Source of the DNA: the human T2T-CHM13v2.0 reference genome, Homo sapiens
Strand: one strand, 5' to 3'
NCBI RefSeq assembly: GCF_009914755.1
Contig: NC_060926.1
DNA: 64,000 bases
The position numbers and the translations under genes are program-made. The notes under the pieces were generated by a model. The model was not told the DNA's origin. It saw only the letters and a list, made by a program, of their open reading frames with translations, and did not search any database. Numbering within the stretch: the first letter of the stretch is position 1; every line of letters starts with the position of its first letter. Shown here piece by piece: positions 26,050 to 39,872 of the stretch.

Positions 26050-27290
26050 CAGTACTAGATGAAAATGACACATTACCTGCAAAGAGTATTAGCAAACTTC
26101 TTAACAACCCCAGTAAAACCAGAAGACAATAGAATATTATTTTCATAGCACTGATTAAAAGTAAAAGTCACTGTCCACTTAGAATTCTATTTCCTTGCAA
26201 GGTTATCACTGAAGATTAAGCATTTAAACTGAAAGAATTTACCACTAACAGACTTTTGCTGAAAGAATTAGTTTCTTTCTCCAAAGAGGATGAAAGGAAA
26301 AAGGAAACTGAAACCAGAAGAGTCAGATGTAAGAAGAAATGTGAACAACACATGAGTAGGCATGTGTATGAACCTAAATAATATCAATATAAATAATAAT
26401 ACTCATGATTAATTTGGAGGTCATAATAATCAAGATGGAACTAAAACATTGGACAAAAAATACCTATAATAGAAAACTGTTAAAGCTTTCTAAATTCCTT
26501 GCATTGTTCAGAAGGATGATAGAGTTATTGATTGGCTTTGACCATTAGGTAAAATATACATGAAATGGTTTTAAAAGTAACCACTAGAAAATGGGAAAAT
26601 AATATATAACTTTTGAAAATATCTTCTGAAAATAAAATATAACTTTTGAATATCTTGGGAAAATAATATATAACTTTTGAATTCCTTAGAAGGGATAAGG
26701 GAGAATAAATAAAATGCTACCTATGCACAGAAGGTAGAAAGGGAGAGGGGAAAATCAAAGCAAAGAAAAAATGGTAGAATAAATATAAATATGTCACTAA
26801 TCACAAGAAGTTAAATGAATTAAACTCAGCTGTTAAAACCCAGATCATCAGATTGGAGCAAACACTAAACTAGTGTTCTGCTCTTTACAAGAGACAAATT
26901 CAAAGCAAAAAGAAAGTTGTTGTATGTAAAAAGACGGAAAAAAGATCTGCTAGTTAAATACCAACCAAAAGAAGCCTCATAAAATGGAGTTTCAGGGGAA
27001 AAGATTATTAGAAACAAAGATGTTCACTGCCAAAAAATAAAAAGAATAATTTCTCAAGAAGATACTACAATTCTAACATTGTTCACACCTGATAATAAAA
27101 TCACAAAATATATAAAGCAAAGATTGACAAAACTAGCATGTGAAATTGACAAATCAGCAATCACAATGGGGAATTTTAGCACCTCTCTCAATAATTAACA
27201 ATTAATTTCTTAATGAAGAACAAAAATTACTAAAGATTTAGAAGATTTGAAAAACATGATTAAAAACTTGATCTAATGAAAATAGAGAGA
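26050..27290 (+). mobile_element. Ancient L1M/L1ME fragment (ORF1 end, spacer, ORF2 endonuclease start), non-coding relic
   Basis: A-rich + strand; ttagaattcta..aaactgaaagaatttaccactaacagac; ttaaatgaattaaactc..atcagattgg..ctttacaagagaca..caagaagatactacaattctaa..atggggaattttagcacctctctcaataatt. Confidence 0.8.
26592..26682. repeat. ~31-33-bp AT-rich tandem repeat, ~3 copies
   Basis: gaaaataatatataacttttgaa recurs three times. Confidence 0.9.
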
Positions 27291-27409
27291 GCGTTCTCTG
27301 GCCACATTCTCTGTCTACACTTCTTCATCTCCCATTCACCTTTCAACCAACTGCCTATGCTCCCAACACATCTATGAAATGACAGTCCAAAGAGTTACCT
27401 ATGACCTCC

Positions 27410-27747
27410 TGTATTGGTCAGTTTTCACGCTGCTGATAAAGACATACCTGAGACTGGGCAATTTACAAAAGAAAGAGGCTTAATGGGCTTACAGTTCCAT
27501 GTGGCTTGAGGAGGCCTCACAAGCATGGCGGAAGGTGAAAGTCACTTCTTAAATGATGGCAGCAAGAGAGAGCTTGTGCATAGAAACTCCCATTTTTAAA
27601 ACCATTAGATCTCGTGAGACCCTTTCACTATCACGAGAACAGCATGGGAAAGACCTGCCCCCATGATTCAGTTGTCTCCCACTGGGTCCCTCCCACAACA
27701 CCTGGGAATTATGGGAGCTACAAGATGAGATTTGCCAAACCATATCA
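27410..27747 (-). mobile_element. THE1 (THE1A/B-like) solo LTR, inserted in an L2 fragment
   Basis: tgtattggtcagttttcacgctgctgataaagacatacctgagactggg..gccaaaccatatca; 5-bp TSD cctcc at 27405-27409 and 27748-27752. Confidence 0.95.
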
Positions 27748-29314
27748 CCTCCCAATTACCAAATTCTTATTCTTCTGCTTTTAAAATTATTGGAAACTCT
27801 CTGATATCATGACTTCTATGACCTAAGATTTTTGTTTCTTCTAGCTCTCTCTCTCTCTCTCTGCCCATTCACCATTTCCTTTAGGTGGTTGGCTTCCCCT
27901 GTTGATTTTCTCCAAGGTTCTGTCCTCATCTTTTTTCTTCCCGTTCCACACACCTTCCTGGCAACCTCATCTCACACCAAGGATTTACATCAGAAATGCA
28001 AGTTCAGTAGGCAAGGACTTAGCTAGGAGCTAGCACAGATTCAGGTGCAGCCCACAGACTTGCTTAGTGAGCATCCTGGTAAATACCAGGCTCAGGGAGC
28101 CTGCATGGAGGCTGAGAGGACAAGAATGATGACAGTCTCTGCCTAGATTCAGGGGAGGGGCCATGCATGCCTTATTCACCTGAACACCCAGCTCAGTGCC
28201 TAGTCTGCAGTAGATATTTGATTAAAATGTGTTACTTGGTTGAGCATACACTGAGTTTTACATGTCCTCTAGAGAGCTCCAGAAATAGAGTTTGTTGAGG
28301 GATGGGAAGTTATCTTCAGTCTCGGAGCTTCATCAAAGGCTTCTGAGTCAGGCTGGGAGCTCTAGCCCAAATAATAGCCAAGATTGTGGTCAAAAGTCAA
28401 TCTAAACCAATTCCCCAGTGAGACCACTTCTCAGACACAGCTTCTACAGTTCTATGAAGCCAGAGCCCTTAAATCATAAGACATTGTGTTTCTGCTCATT
28501 TCTTCCTGTACCTCTTTTCCCCCACCCTGGTACAGAAACTCCCCTCCCTCCACCACCCACATAGCTGTGAATATGCTATCAGTCACTGAGAGACAGGACA
28601 TGGGCACCCTCTGCCTCAGTGACTGCAGCCCAGGGAAAGCCGTCTTCTGGCAAAGCCAAGTGGCCATTTTCATAGACGTCTCATAAGCACATAAGCCAAA
28701 GCCCAAACTGCTGAAAAATCCGTCTCCCGTCCTTTCACATTCCTGCAGCAATAGAAGTTCATTTTCTCATCATATACTGTAAATTACAGGCTGAAAAGGT
28801 GGGTCACGTCTGACTTCAGCCTATAAATAGCTGATCTTCCTTCTCTTCCTCAGAGGGGCCATTCTCAACAATGGCTTAGCTCAACGCATCCCCAGCAGAG
28901 GGACAAAAACGCAGGAATAGAAATCAAATCTCCCTCCAGTGAGCCCAGGGGCAGAACCTGGAGTTCTTCATGCCTCTGAATCAGAGAAGCCCCTAACCAG
29001 TGCACACATATTTTTCTATGAGGCAACATCTAGGTAAATCCACTTCCAGTCTCTCTTCATCTCTCTTATGCACCCCTTCTGCAAATAGCTCCCAGCACTG
29101 CCCCAGCATCTTGTAAAATAAAAATCAAAGCTGAGCAAATAATTTAAGACTCATGTTTAAACCTTTTCCAGGTCCCTGAATTCATTGCCTCTTAAAGTGA
29201 AATGCCTGTGCCAGCAGCTCCCGGGCCATCAGGGATTACAGCACTCCCCCTCCCCACCAACTATTTTGTTTAACATTTAGGCAGCTCCTCACAGGGCACA
29301 TGAAAGTTGGTTTT

Positions 29315-29700
29315 TAATCAACCAACAATATTATTTATCACCAGCCACATGCTTGACACTAAATAGATGTAAATGTGAACAGAAAACATGACTTTTGTTT
29401 TCAAGGAGCACATAGCCAAGCAGAATAGACACAACCCCCTCAGCAAAACAGCAGAGAACAGAAGAAAACTGGGATTAAGCGTTCGATCAAGTGGAACAGA
29501 CAGAAAGCATAGTAGGAGTCAAGGAGAGTGGTCTCTGAAGACAGAAGTTTCATGCTGGAGGGGCACTGAACTGGCAGGCTTTGGAGAGATGGAGAAGATG
29601 GAAGGAAGCACTGAAAGCTGGGGAAAGAGCATGAGCAAATGCAAGAAAGCAAAATAAACATCATGTTTCAGGACCTGTGTCACCTGGATGTGTTACATGC
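29315..29700 (-). mobile_element. L2 3' region
   Basis: atcaaccaacaatattatttatcaccagccacatgcttgacac..gtgaacagaaaacatgac..ttcaaggagcacatag..gggaaagagcatgagcaaa. Confidence 0.7.
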
Positions 29701-29718
29701 AGAAAAATTCATGGTCAC

Positions 29719-30106
29719 TGTCATGGGCTGAGCTGTGACCTCCCCAAAATTCATGTGTTGAAGTCTTAACCACTAGTACCTAGAATATGACTGTATTTGG
29801 AGACAAGGTCTTTAAAGAGGTGATTACAGTAAAATGATGTCAAATAGGTGGTCCCTCATTCAGTATAACTCACATTGTTAGAAGAAGAGATTATGACAAA
29901 GATAGGCACAGAGGGAAGACCCCGGGAAGACACGGAAGGAAGACAGCCATCTACAAGCCAAGGGAGAGGCCTCAGAAGGAGCCAACCCTGCCAATACCTT
30001 GATCTGCCAACGCTTCTAGTAGCCAGGACTGTGAAAAGCAACTTTCTGTTGTTTAAGTCACCCAGCTTGGAGTGCTTTGTTATGGCAGCCGGAGCAAACT
30101 AACATA
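29719..30106 (+). mobile_element. MLT1B-like MaLR solo LTR
   Basis: tgtcatgggctgagctgtg..aaaattcatgtgttgaagtcttaacc..gtatttggagacaaggtctttaaagaggtgatta..tttgttatggcagccggagcaaactaacata. Confidence 0.92.
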
Positions 30107-30854
30107 CTCAGGTTCTCTTGGCAAGAGCTCTCGGGAAGCAGCAGGGGCTACCCCAAGAATTTAGGCACAAGGCCATCTTGGCCTGAACCAAGGCAGACGT
30201 TGTGAGATCGGAGATGCTAACATGGGTGAAAGGGAATTCGAGGGTTATGGAGACCTTGGCCACAGGTTACATACAAGGATGAAGGAGGGGGTGGAGGTGG
30301 GACGTCTCTGAAATCTGAGAAAAAAGGACTCCAGGGATGCAGGCTACCATTTCAGTTCCTAGGAGTCACCTTGTCCACAGAAACCAGGTGCCCTCTCTCT
30401 GCCCTCTCCCAACTCCCTGTCTCTCGGCAGCATGAGACACTCCAGGGTGCAGGATGCTGAGGAACTGGACTCCAATGCCCAGTGCTCCATGCTGACTCTT
30501 TAAAGCTTGGAGCATCTTTTTAGGAAAAAAAAATCTAAATCATAAATTAGCACCTGCTCCAGTACTTCTCTGCCCAGCTGAATCAGAGCCGGGTGGGAAG
30601 TCAGGGAAGAAATCACTTCACGGGAAACCAGTTATTAAGAGACACTGGGAAGCAGAGTGTCTGCCTCTTCATTCAGTCCCTGAGATCCTGGGCTCCTCAC
30701 TCACTCAGTTCTAAGAATCTTAGCTGCAATCACTGACAGCTTCAAACCCCAGACACAACATCTCCTACTGGAAGGAGGGAGTCAGTAAATGTGTACCATT
30801 TCTCCTTGAGAGGAGGTAGCCTCCAGGGACATCCCTGACTTCCCAAGATACCTA

Positions 30855-30930
30855 ACCAGCTAACATGGAGCTTACTCTGCAGGTACTAAGTGCCTGTCTC
30901 ACATTGATTCATTTAATTCTCCAACAGCCC
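30855..30930 (-). mobile_element. MIR, left part (split by L1)
   Basis: cagctaacatggagcttactctg..cacattgattcatttaattctccaacagccc. Confidence 0.6.
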
Positions 30931-30934
30931 AAGG

Positions 30935-31995
30935 GCAGCAATGCAAATTGTACCCCCAGTGCAGTGCCACTCTGCACCCATCAGAAGGGCCACAATGAAA
31001 AAGAAAATCTCAAAGGTTGGTGTGGACATAGAGCAGCTGAACATCTCCCTCACTGATGGTGAGGACAACCACAGTGGACAACCACTGTGCAGAATTGTCC
31101 AGGAGTATTGATGAAACCTGAACATACGTCTTACCTTATGTATTAGTCTTTCTCACACTGCTATAACGACATATCCGAGACTGGGAAATTTATAAAGGAA
31201 AGAGGTTTAATTGACTCACAGTTCAGCATGGCTGGGGAGGCCTCAGGAAACACAATCATGGCAGAAGGGGAAGCAAACACATCCTTCTTCACAGGGTGAT
31301 AAGATGGAGAAGAATGAGAGCTGAGCAAAGGGGGAATCCCCTTTTAAAACCATCAGCTCTTGTGAGAACTTACTCACTATCATGAGAATAGCATGGGGGA
31401 AATGGTCCCCATGATTCAATTACCTCCCACCAGGTCCCTCCCACCACACATGGGGATTATGGGAACTAAAATTCAAGATGAGATTTGGGTGGGGACACAG
31501 CCAAACCATATCACCTTATGACCCTGCCATTTCATTCCCAGGTACACACTCAATAGAAATGTGTGTATAACTGCACCAAAATATATGTACGATAGCAGCA
31601 CTGTTGTATCAACACACTCCCAGATTAAATGAGAATGAATAACCACAATTATACACAATGATATGAAGGAATCTCAAGAATATGATGTTCAAAAAAGAAA
31701 TTAAACACAAAAGACTATCTATTGTATTATTCTATCTATGCAAAGCTTGCAAACAGGCAAAACTAATTAATCCATGGCATTAGAAGTCAGATTAGCATTT
31801 ATCCTTCGGGTCGGAATAGTGTACCCTCTCCTACCCTGGAGGGATGAGGGAGGTTTCTGAGGTGCTAGTGACTGTTTCTTGAATGAGGTGTTGGGTGTAT
31901 GTGTATGTTCACTTTGTGAAAATTTAATCAACTGTATACCTATATATGTGTACTTTTCTGTATGTATATTTCAGTAACAAAATTTTAAAAATTAA
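30935..31995 (+). mobile_element. L1ME-type 3' fragment (split by THE1)
   Basis: aggttggtgtggacatagagcagctgaac..tatgaccctgccatttcattcccaggtacacac..aacaggcaaaactaa..ttagaagtcagattag..ttcactttgtgaaaatttaatcaactgtatac. Confidence 0.85.
31139..31513 (-). mobile_element. THE1 (THE1C/D-like) solo LTR
   Basis: tgtattagtctttctcacactgctataa..gagatttgggtggggacacagccaaaccatatca; TSD cctta at 31134-31138 and 31514-31518. Confidence 0.96.
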
Positions 31996-32135
31996 AACCC
32001 CATATGATAGGAAAATGACTCTCTGCATTAAGGAAAACAGGGCACACAGGACTGAAGTGATGTTCCCTAAGTCAGAGCCATAATTTGAACCCAAGGCGCT
32101 GGCCCTCGAGCTTAGGTATTCAACCACTGTTCTAT
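31996..32135 (-). mobile_element. MIR, right part
   Basis: ggaaaacagggcacacaggactgaagtgatgttccctaagtcagagccataatttgaacccaagg..aaccactgttctat. Confidence 0.65.
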
Positions 32136-32197
32136 GTGCGTCTTAGTACCTATTCTGCACTGACTTTTGTGCAAACCGTGTAGAACCCTAAGCACAG

Positions 32198-32223
32198 TGC
32201 TTGGTACTTAAAAGTACCAAGCA
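32198..32223. repeat. Perfect inverted repeat (12-bp arms, 2-nt spacer)
   Basis: tgcttggtactt-aa-aagtaccaagca. Confidence 0.95.
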
Positions 32224-32849
32224 TGACTGTACTTGTAAAAGTACCAAGTCATGACAAGCATGACTACATGTCATATTTTGAATAAATCCCACTGGAAACC
32301 ACTTTCAATGGGTAATATGATCTTCACAAGCCACAGCATGGCCACTGGGTAAGAGCCACATCAGAAGATAACTACATTTGTATCTCAGACATCAGAAATG
32401 ATGCTTTAGACCCAGAAATCATTTCTCACCTGCCCCATCCCATCCCTTCTAGAAACCTCATAGAATGGACCAGCCCAGGCCTGCATTTCCTCTGGGTTGA
32501 ACACTTCTGCTGACAGTTGATGATGGACTCTCCTTCCAGGGGCCTTGGAAAACCGATTTTGTCCTGGCATTTAGAAAGATATCTCTAGACCTCAGGGATC
32601 AATTCACAAGTCAGGTGGCTGCTTGAAGAATTTCAAACACAGAATTTGGGATGTAAAACCAGTAGAAATCAAATTGGATAATCTCTTTTCTGGAGAAAGG
32701 TGGGTGCCTGGCTCCAATCCGTTCACTCACACACTCATCCATTCAACGAGCAAGTGGCTTCACACCCCAGCACACAAGGAGAATAAGTCCAGTCCATGCC
32801 ACTGTGAGTCCAAATAGGTTAGAGGAATCAGACATGGAAAACAGTGAAC

Positions 32850-32972
32850 CCGACCTCTGTGAGCCTCAGACAGTTTCCTCCTCAAAGTGCTGCTGTGAGA
32901 TTTCCATGAGGCAATGCTGGAGACTGGCACACACTAAGCCCTTTATCATTGTTAACCATTATTATTATTATT
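32850..32972 (+). mobile_element. MIR fragment
   Basis: acctctgtgagcctcagacagtttcctcctc..gctgtgagatttccatgaggcaatg..ctggcacacactaagccct..ccattattattat. Confidence 0.7.
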
Positions 32973-34449
32973 TGCAATAACATGTTGCAGAAGTATTTGT
33001 GGGTTTCACTGAGGATCACAGGAGATCGTGGTCAGTTAAGTTGGTGCAGGGTGATCACAGCAAGCATCACAGCTCTGATGCTCAAACAGGCTACTTCTTA
33101 GTGGAGCATTGCAAGGGCATCAGGGGGCCTTCCTGCCTGGAGACCGCCTCCCACCTGCCCCAGGCCTCACTCTCGCTCCTTCCACAGAAAACAAGGGAGA
33201 TCAGAGCCCAGGGGTATTCAGGACATCTCTGTCCACTCGGCAGAGGCTCCAGCCTCAAGGCACCTGCCCTTCAGCGAGATTGGTGTCCCAGGCCCAGCTG
33301 CTCACTGTCAAGTCCCTCATCTCATTCCACCAAGCAAAGTCCCTGCTGCCACACCTCCAGCTCAGCTGCTGCATGTCCTCTCCATCCAGGACCACTGTGA
33401 CTTTGCAGAGTCAGACCTGGATTTCTGCTCAGAGGCTGAAAGTGACCACTCCACACCCCAAAGACCTCCCTCCCCCTTACTCCCCTCACAGGAACCCAGT
33501 CCTCCTTGCTGGGGTTTTCTGACGCCCAGGACTGGCTTCTCAGCAAATTCCCTGTGACCCAGAGAGGCTTCCCACCTGGACACAGCCCTGAGCAGAGTCA
33601 GATCATCTGGGGAGCTTGTATCCCCCTCCCAATCTCCCAGGGGAGAAAAGCATTATGTCTGTCAGAAACGTGATAGAACTGTCAAAAGTATACCCAAACA
33701 GCTATATACACTGTGATCGCCAAGTCACAGTTCCATTTGTTCTGTGACAGTGTAAAAATAACAAAATTTCCACAAGATGGAAAATAAAAATGAAGAAAGT
33801 ACTTCAACAGTGTTTGAAAACAATGTCTAAACAAAAGTCCCCTTTTACGTCCTCAGCAGCCTCCAAGTGGTAGTCCTTATCCAGTGACATCTCTTTCCTG
33901 TTCTCCCTCTCAGCCCACTTCTTCCTTCTTGTCTGGTCTCCTTCCCTTCTTTCTCTTCTACCTGGGCCTTTTTTCCATACCTAACACAGACAGGGGACAA
34001 GAGACCTCAACCACCTGGATCTGAGAACAGGTCCAGACATTGCCCAGTCTCCCTCAGGTCAGCTTTGCCTGTGCAAATTCACAAGCCACCAGCCCAGGAA
34101 GACACCCAGACCCTGCAACTGTAGGACTTTCATGTTTAATTTGGCCAGAAAGAAAACCAGGGGTGGGGGTACTCTTCTAGAGGCCACCAAGAGAAAATTC
34201 CCCAGAGCTGGGTCCCCATTCTCTGTGCTCATATGTGCTACAGCACTGATCATCCAGGGCTGTCTGCTCTCCAACTAAACCTCAAAGTATGTGACGTGAT
34301 CGATCTTTGGCCCTCCATCCCCCATACCAGTCCAATTTTTGCCCAAGAGGAGGAAGGAGCTGGAAAAATATATATTAAATGACTGAACAAATGAATAAGG
34401 GCTGCCATGAATGTATGAATCGATGAATGCCTAGATCACAGGGGAAAGA

Positions 34450-35270
34450 TGATTTGAATATTTACCTTTAACTAGTGCTTATTTGTATCAAAATAATCCA
34501 TGCACGTGGTCTAAATAAAGCTCACATAGAGCTAACATTTCAAGGGGAAACAGCCATCTCCTTCTTTACTTCTCCCCATCACCCCCACCAGTTCTGGTCT
34601 CAAGAGATAACCACTCCCATCAATTTGACCTGTTTCTTCTCATATATAACTTCATATACCTTGATTTGTCAGTTTTAGACATTATGCATTGATCTCCTTT
34701 TATGCTGGATAAGGATTTAATGATCACATACCCCCATAACCTCCCTTCTCCTCCTCCCAACCTCGCATAAAAGGTACACAGAATAGGTTATTAAATCAAG
34801 AATCAGTAATTTTGTTGTTTTGACAGCATTTGCATTATTTGCAAATAGCCTTTGCTGCTAAGACAGATAGTGAGTCATGCCTCAAAGGGGTGGATCATGA
34901 TACTGGGACTCTAAGCCCTTCATACACAGCTATCAACCAACCCTGTAATTTCAGGTCCACAGCTTACTCCTGCCTCCCCTGAGACTCTTCATCTCCTGCT
35001 CCTGAACCCTTCTTCCAGAAGAGCAAACTGGTCCACTTCTCATTGGTATCATCCTTTGCAGACACTTAAATTACAATGCCTCCACTTAGTTTAATTAGTT
35101 ACCACTTCATTCAATTTCTGTTTTCCAAATATTTGTTGTAATTACTCATCTACTCTTGCCTCCATTTCTATCCTCTTTAGCCTCACAGCATTATAACACT
35201 TTTATTCCCTTACTAGCATTTTAGTGGTGTTTCAAGAGGGAGAAAAGAAAAATACATGTGGTCAATCTAC
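34450..35270 (-). mobile_element. L1ME-type fragment
   Basis: T-rich segment: aaaataatccatgcacgtggt..caagagataaccact..ttttccaaatatttgttgtaattactcatctact..ttttagtggtgtttcaagaggga. Confidence 0.55.
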
Positions 35271-35381
35271 TTATGCTTAAAGTAGACCAAACTGTTATAG
35301 AAATGGACAGTTACGCAGTCAGTGTTGAATGGCTAAAATCACTTCTGTGATAGTTTCAGCAGCCTTTTCAAGGTGGAAAGT

Positions 35382-35455
35382 TGTAGTGTATGCTGTGGTA
35401 TGACTCTCAGATCCTCCTCTTGTGACAGAGGCATTCATTCCCCCCAGTCACTAGA
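35382..35455 (+). mobile_element. LTR16-like (ERVL/HERV16) LTR 5' stub
   Basis: tgtagtgtatgctgtggtatgactctcagatcctcctcttgtgacagaggcattcattcccccc matches the start of LTR16-family LTRs as I recall them. Confidence 0.6.
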
Positions 35456-35476
35456 ACTGCAATTACTTGAGGCTTC

Positions 35477-36730
<1,254 letters not shown>

Positions 36731-37589
36731 CACAGAGCCCACCTCTCAGTCCCCTCAGATGTCCAGATGATAGGAAATAAGGGCAAATATGATCCTTTTT
36801 AGTTTCCAGAAAGACTTGAGCTAACCAAATAATGACCAAAGGACCCCCATTTTCACTTCAAAGTGCTCTTGGCAGAGAGCCATGATGCACCCACTCTGAG
36901 AAATAATGATTTTTTTTTATTAACCATGAATTCATTTATATTATCAAGAAGAAAATAGGTTTCATTCTCAGCCACAGGAAGGCTGATTGGTGGATGCTCC
37001 TTCACTACCGCAATTATGAGAGAAAACTTAAGCTCAGTGAAGATGGCCTGACAGCTTTATCGAATCCTCCAGAAACTCAAATGGAGTTTGAACAGTGTGC
37101 GGGGGCACTAATTTACCCAAAGGGAAAACAGGAAATATTAACCCAATGCATGCTGCAGATAAAGCAAGACCCAGCAAACCAGTGAGCCCACCTCCATGTT
37201 CCTCGTGGGTTGGAGGCTGCCACGCTGCAGGCTCAACATGGTGTCGATGTGTGAACGACCAGTTTCCCATAGTGGGACAAAAAGATAAATGGGGCCAGAG
37301 GAGAAGCATGAGCAAAAGTTTACATACAACAGACTCTTCTTTTTCTTTTCCCTTCCACCCCTGCCAAAAGCAGCCCTCTACCTTTCTCCCAGAAACTCAG
37401 CACAAAACTTTGGGGTGTTCTCCTACTTCATCACACCAATATCGGATTACTCCCATAAACCAGCAGATCCCACATCTGAAAAGTTCTGTGCTCCATTCCT
37501 TCAGCCTTGTCCCTTCTCCTCACCTCACATATATAGGAATTCCATTATTGTCCCAAAGCAGAAATGGGATAAATGCTCATGTATCTCAT

Positions 37590-37942
37590 TTCCTCTGCTT
37601 GGGCCCAGGAGAAGACTTCATTTCCCAGCCTCCTGTGCAGTTACATTGGAGCCACAGGATATGGGCTGTGAGCAGAAATTAAATATTGAATTTGCTGTCC
37701 TGGCCATAAAACTCCCTCCATAATTGCCCACACTGTCTCTTCATCTTATACAACAACTGTGGAAGCCACATATTAAAAATGGCAGCAGGACAAGATGGAG
37801 AAAGTATGGATCCTTCCAGAAGAGCCTCCCAAACTACATCAGATTGAGACTGAGTGAGAAAGAGAACTTTTTTAGGTTAAGTCACTGAGAGTTGAGGGCT
37901 CCTCATTGCAATCACATAGCATAGCATTTCCTGACCAATACA
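37590..37942 (+). mobile_element. Old MLT1 (I/J-like) LTR
   Basis: catttcccagcctcctgtgcagtta..aagatggagaaagtatggatcc..gtgagaaagagaactt..gttaagtcactgagagttgaggg..cctgaccaataca. Confidence 0.75.
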
Positions 37943-38799
37943 GATCTCTCCATCTTGCCTGGATAACCTTAGTCATTAACAAAGATTCCTTCTCAGCTGA
38001 CTTTGGACATTAGCTGGTTAAACTAAGTAGGATTTCAAGAGTATATGAAACTCTATCCTAAAGCTAGACTTCACTAGATATTCCCCTGGCCTAATGGTAA
38101 GATGTGAACACTGAAGATTTTTATGTGAACATATTCCTGCTTCATTTTCCCAAGGATGGTCCACAATAACCACAGAATATAAATGTTTTATTTTATATTT
38201 AGTGGCATTTCAGCCATTGAACTGGACATGCTCAACTATCTACTTAAAAAAAAGTGTTAATACTATTGTGTTCTACATGACATACAAAGTTTGCATCACC
38301 TGATTTCACTGTAAGAATGATTGCTGCAACCTGTCCCTTTACGAATGTGCTTCCAAGACTGATGTCAAAATCAATCAGTCGCTATGGAAATTCAATCAGT
38401 CAGAACTGGGCACTCTGAACTGCTCACACACAGTCTTTGTCTACACTTATTTTCAGAACTCAATACCTTAGCTGTAGTATTAATTAATGACACGCTTTGT
38501 AAACAGCAAAAATCAATTGAAAAATTACCCATAATCTGTGGCTAACAATAAAATAATACTCAGCTCAAGAATGCCAAGAGCATTTGAAAAATCACAACAA
38601 GCCCAGAAACTTGGGTTCAGACACAAGGCCATGGGAGGGAGAGTCGATAGTAGTCAAAGTGGCCAAAGGTAAGGGTGAAGTGGATCAGGCAGACTTGCCT
38701 GGGACAGATGGAGACAGCAGAACAAGCGGTGTGCACAATGCCAGAAATAGAAAGTATGTGTTGTACCCCTCCCACTTCCATGATGGGACAGCAGATGAA

Positions 38800-39871
38800 G
38801 CAACAGATAAAGCAATAGACAATCAGAGGTTGGAAAGATGGAGACCCATGTCATGCAATGGCAAGACATTTGGAACCGTCCTCTGCCACTACTAGAGGAA
38901 CAGACTGAGTCCCTACTTAAGGAAAGTGGTTGAGGAGAGGCAGGGTTTAACAAGGAGGAAAAGAAAGATATGAGCTCAGAAAAAACAATGGCTGGTTTGC
39001 AATCAAAAATGAAAGTGAGTAGAAAGGATCCAGAAATTAGGGCCCAACTGCTAGACCCCACACAGTAACAGATAAGACTGAAAACTGCTTTAAGCAACTA
39101 AGGTCTTTCAAGGCTTCTTAGTCAAGCAGCAAAGAGTAAATCAAGAATGATTGTTCAGTTTCCACCCAAGCCTATTGTCTTAAATGGTGTCAAGATAGCT
39201 TCCATTGAGCTAAGACAGAGAAATGAAGAAAAATAAGTGAATTAATAAGCCTGGCTTAATAATTATATTTAGGAAAAAACTTTGGGTGAAGTTATGGATA
39301 CATTCAACTATTTACAATCCTGTTGAGTTTTTGACAAAACTGTATTACCAAAGAAACTATGATCCTAGCCTTTAAAAAAACTTATGATTATTAAATAACC
39401 CTCAAGCCCCTTCAACTTACACCAAGAAGAAATAAGCAAGATATGCCCATGAAAGATGAAAGGGAAGAATCTTCCAGTGCAGGGAGACAGGGGCCATGGG
39501 AATAGTGGACAAGAAGTTCCTCCCAGAGAACAGAATCAGGGCTAATCAAGGAACTTCCCCCAGCTGTGCAGGGGTTTTCAGCATGGGCCAGTGACTGCTG
39601 TGTCTCCCATTCCTCATTTGGTGAAAGGAGGGTCCACTGCGCTTACACTCCTCTGCTCCACCACTTTCACTGGGTTGGTGTGGGGAGAGGGCAGGTTGCA
39701 TGCCTTTTGGTTCATTGCTTACTGGGTCACAGTGAGCCATATCCAGACCTGATGGTTTAAATTCCTGGAATTTGAACTGAATGCATGAATTGGACATTGC
39801 GGGGGAGAAGTAAGGATGGTCCAGGTATACAAAAAGGGATGTGCAAAGACTTTGGGTATCCAGAAGACTGA
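38800..39871 (+). mobile_element. MaLR internal sequence (MLT1-int), decayed
   Basis: ggttggaaagatggagacccatgtcatgcaatggcaagacatttgg (GWKDGDPCHAMARHL) resembles the MaLR internal ORF motif; runs directly into the downstream LTR. Confidence 0.7.
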
Positions 39872-39872
39872 T

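Noticed and set aside
37095-37682. Longest ORF in the track (195 aa)
   Set aside because: Non-ATG start, no recognisable domain, and the 3' end runs into an MLT1 LTR; this length is compatible with chance in 64 kb x 6 frames.
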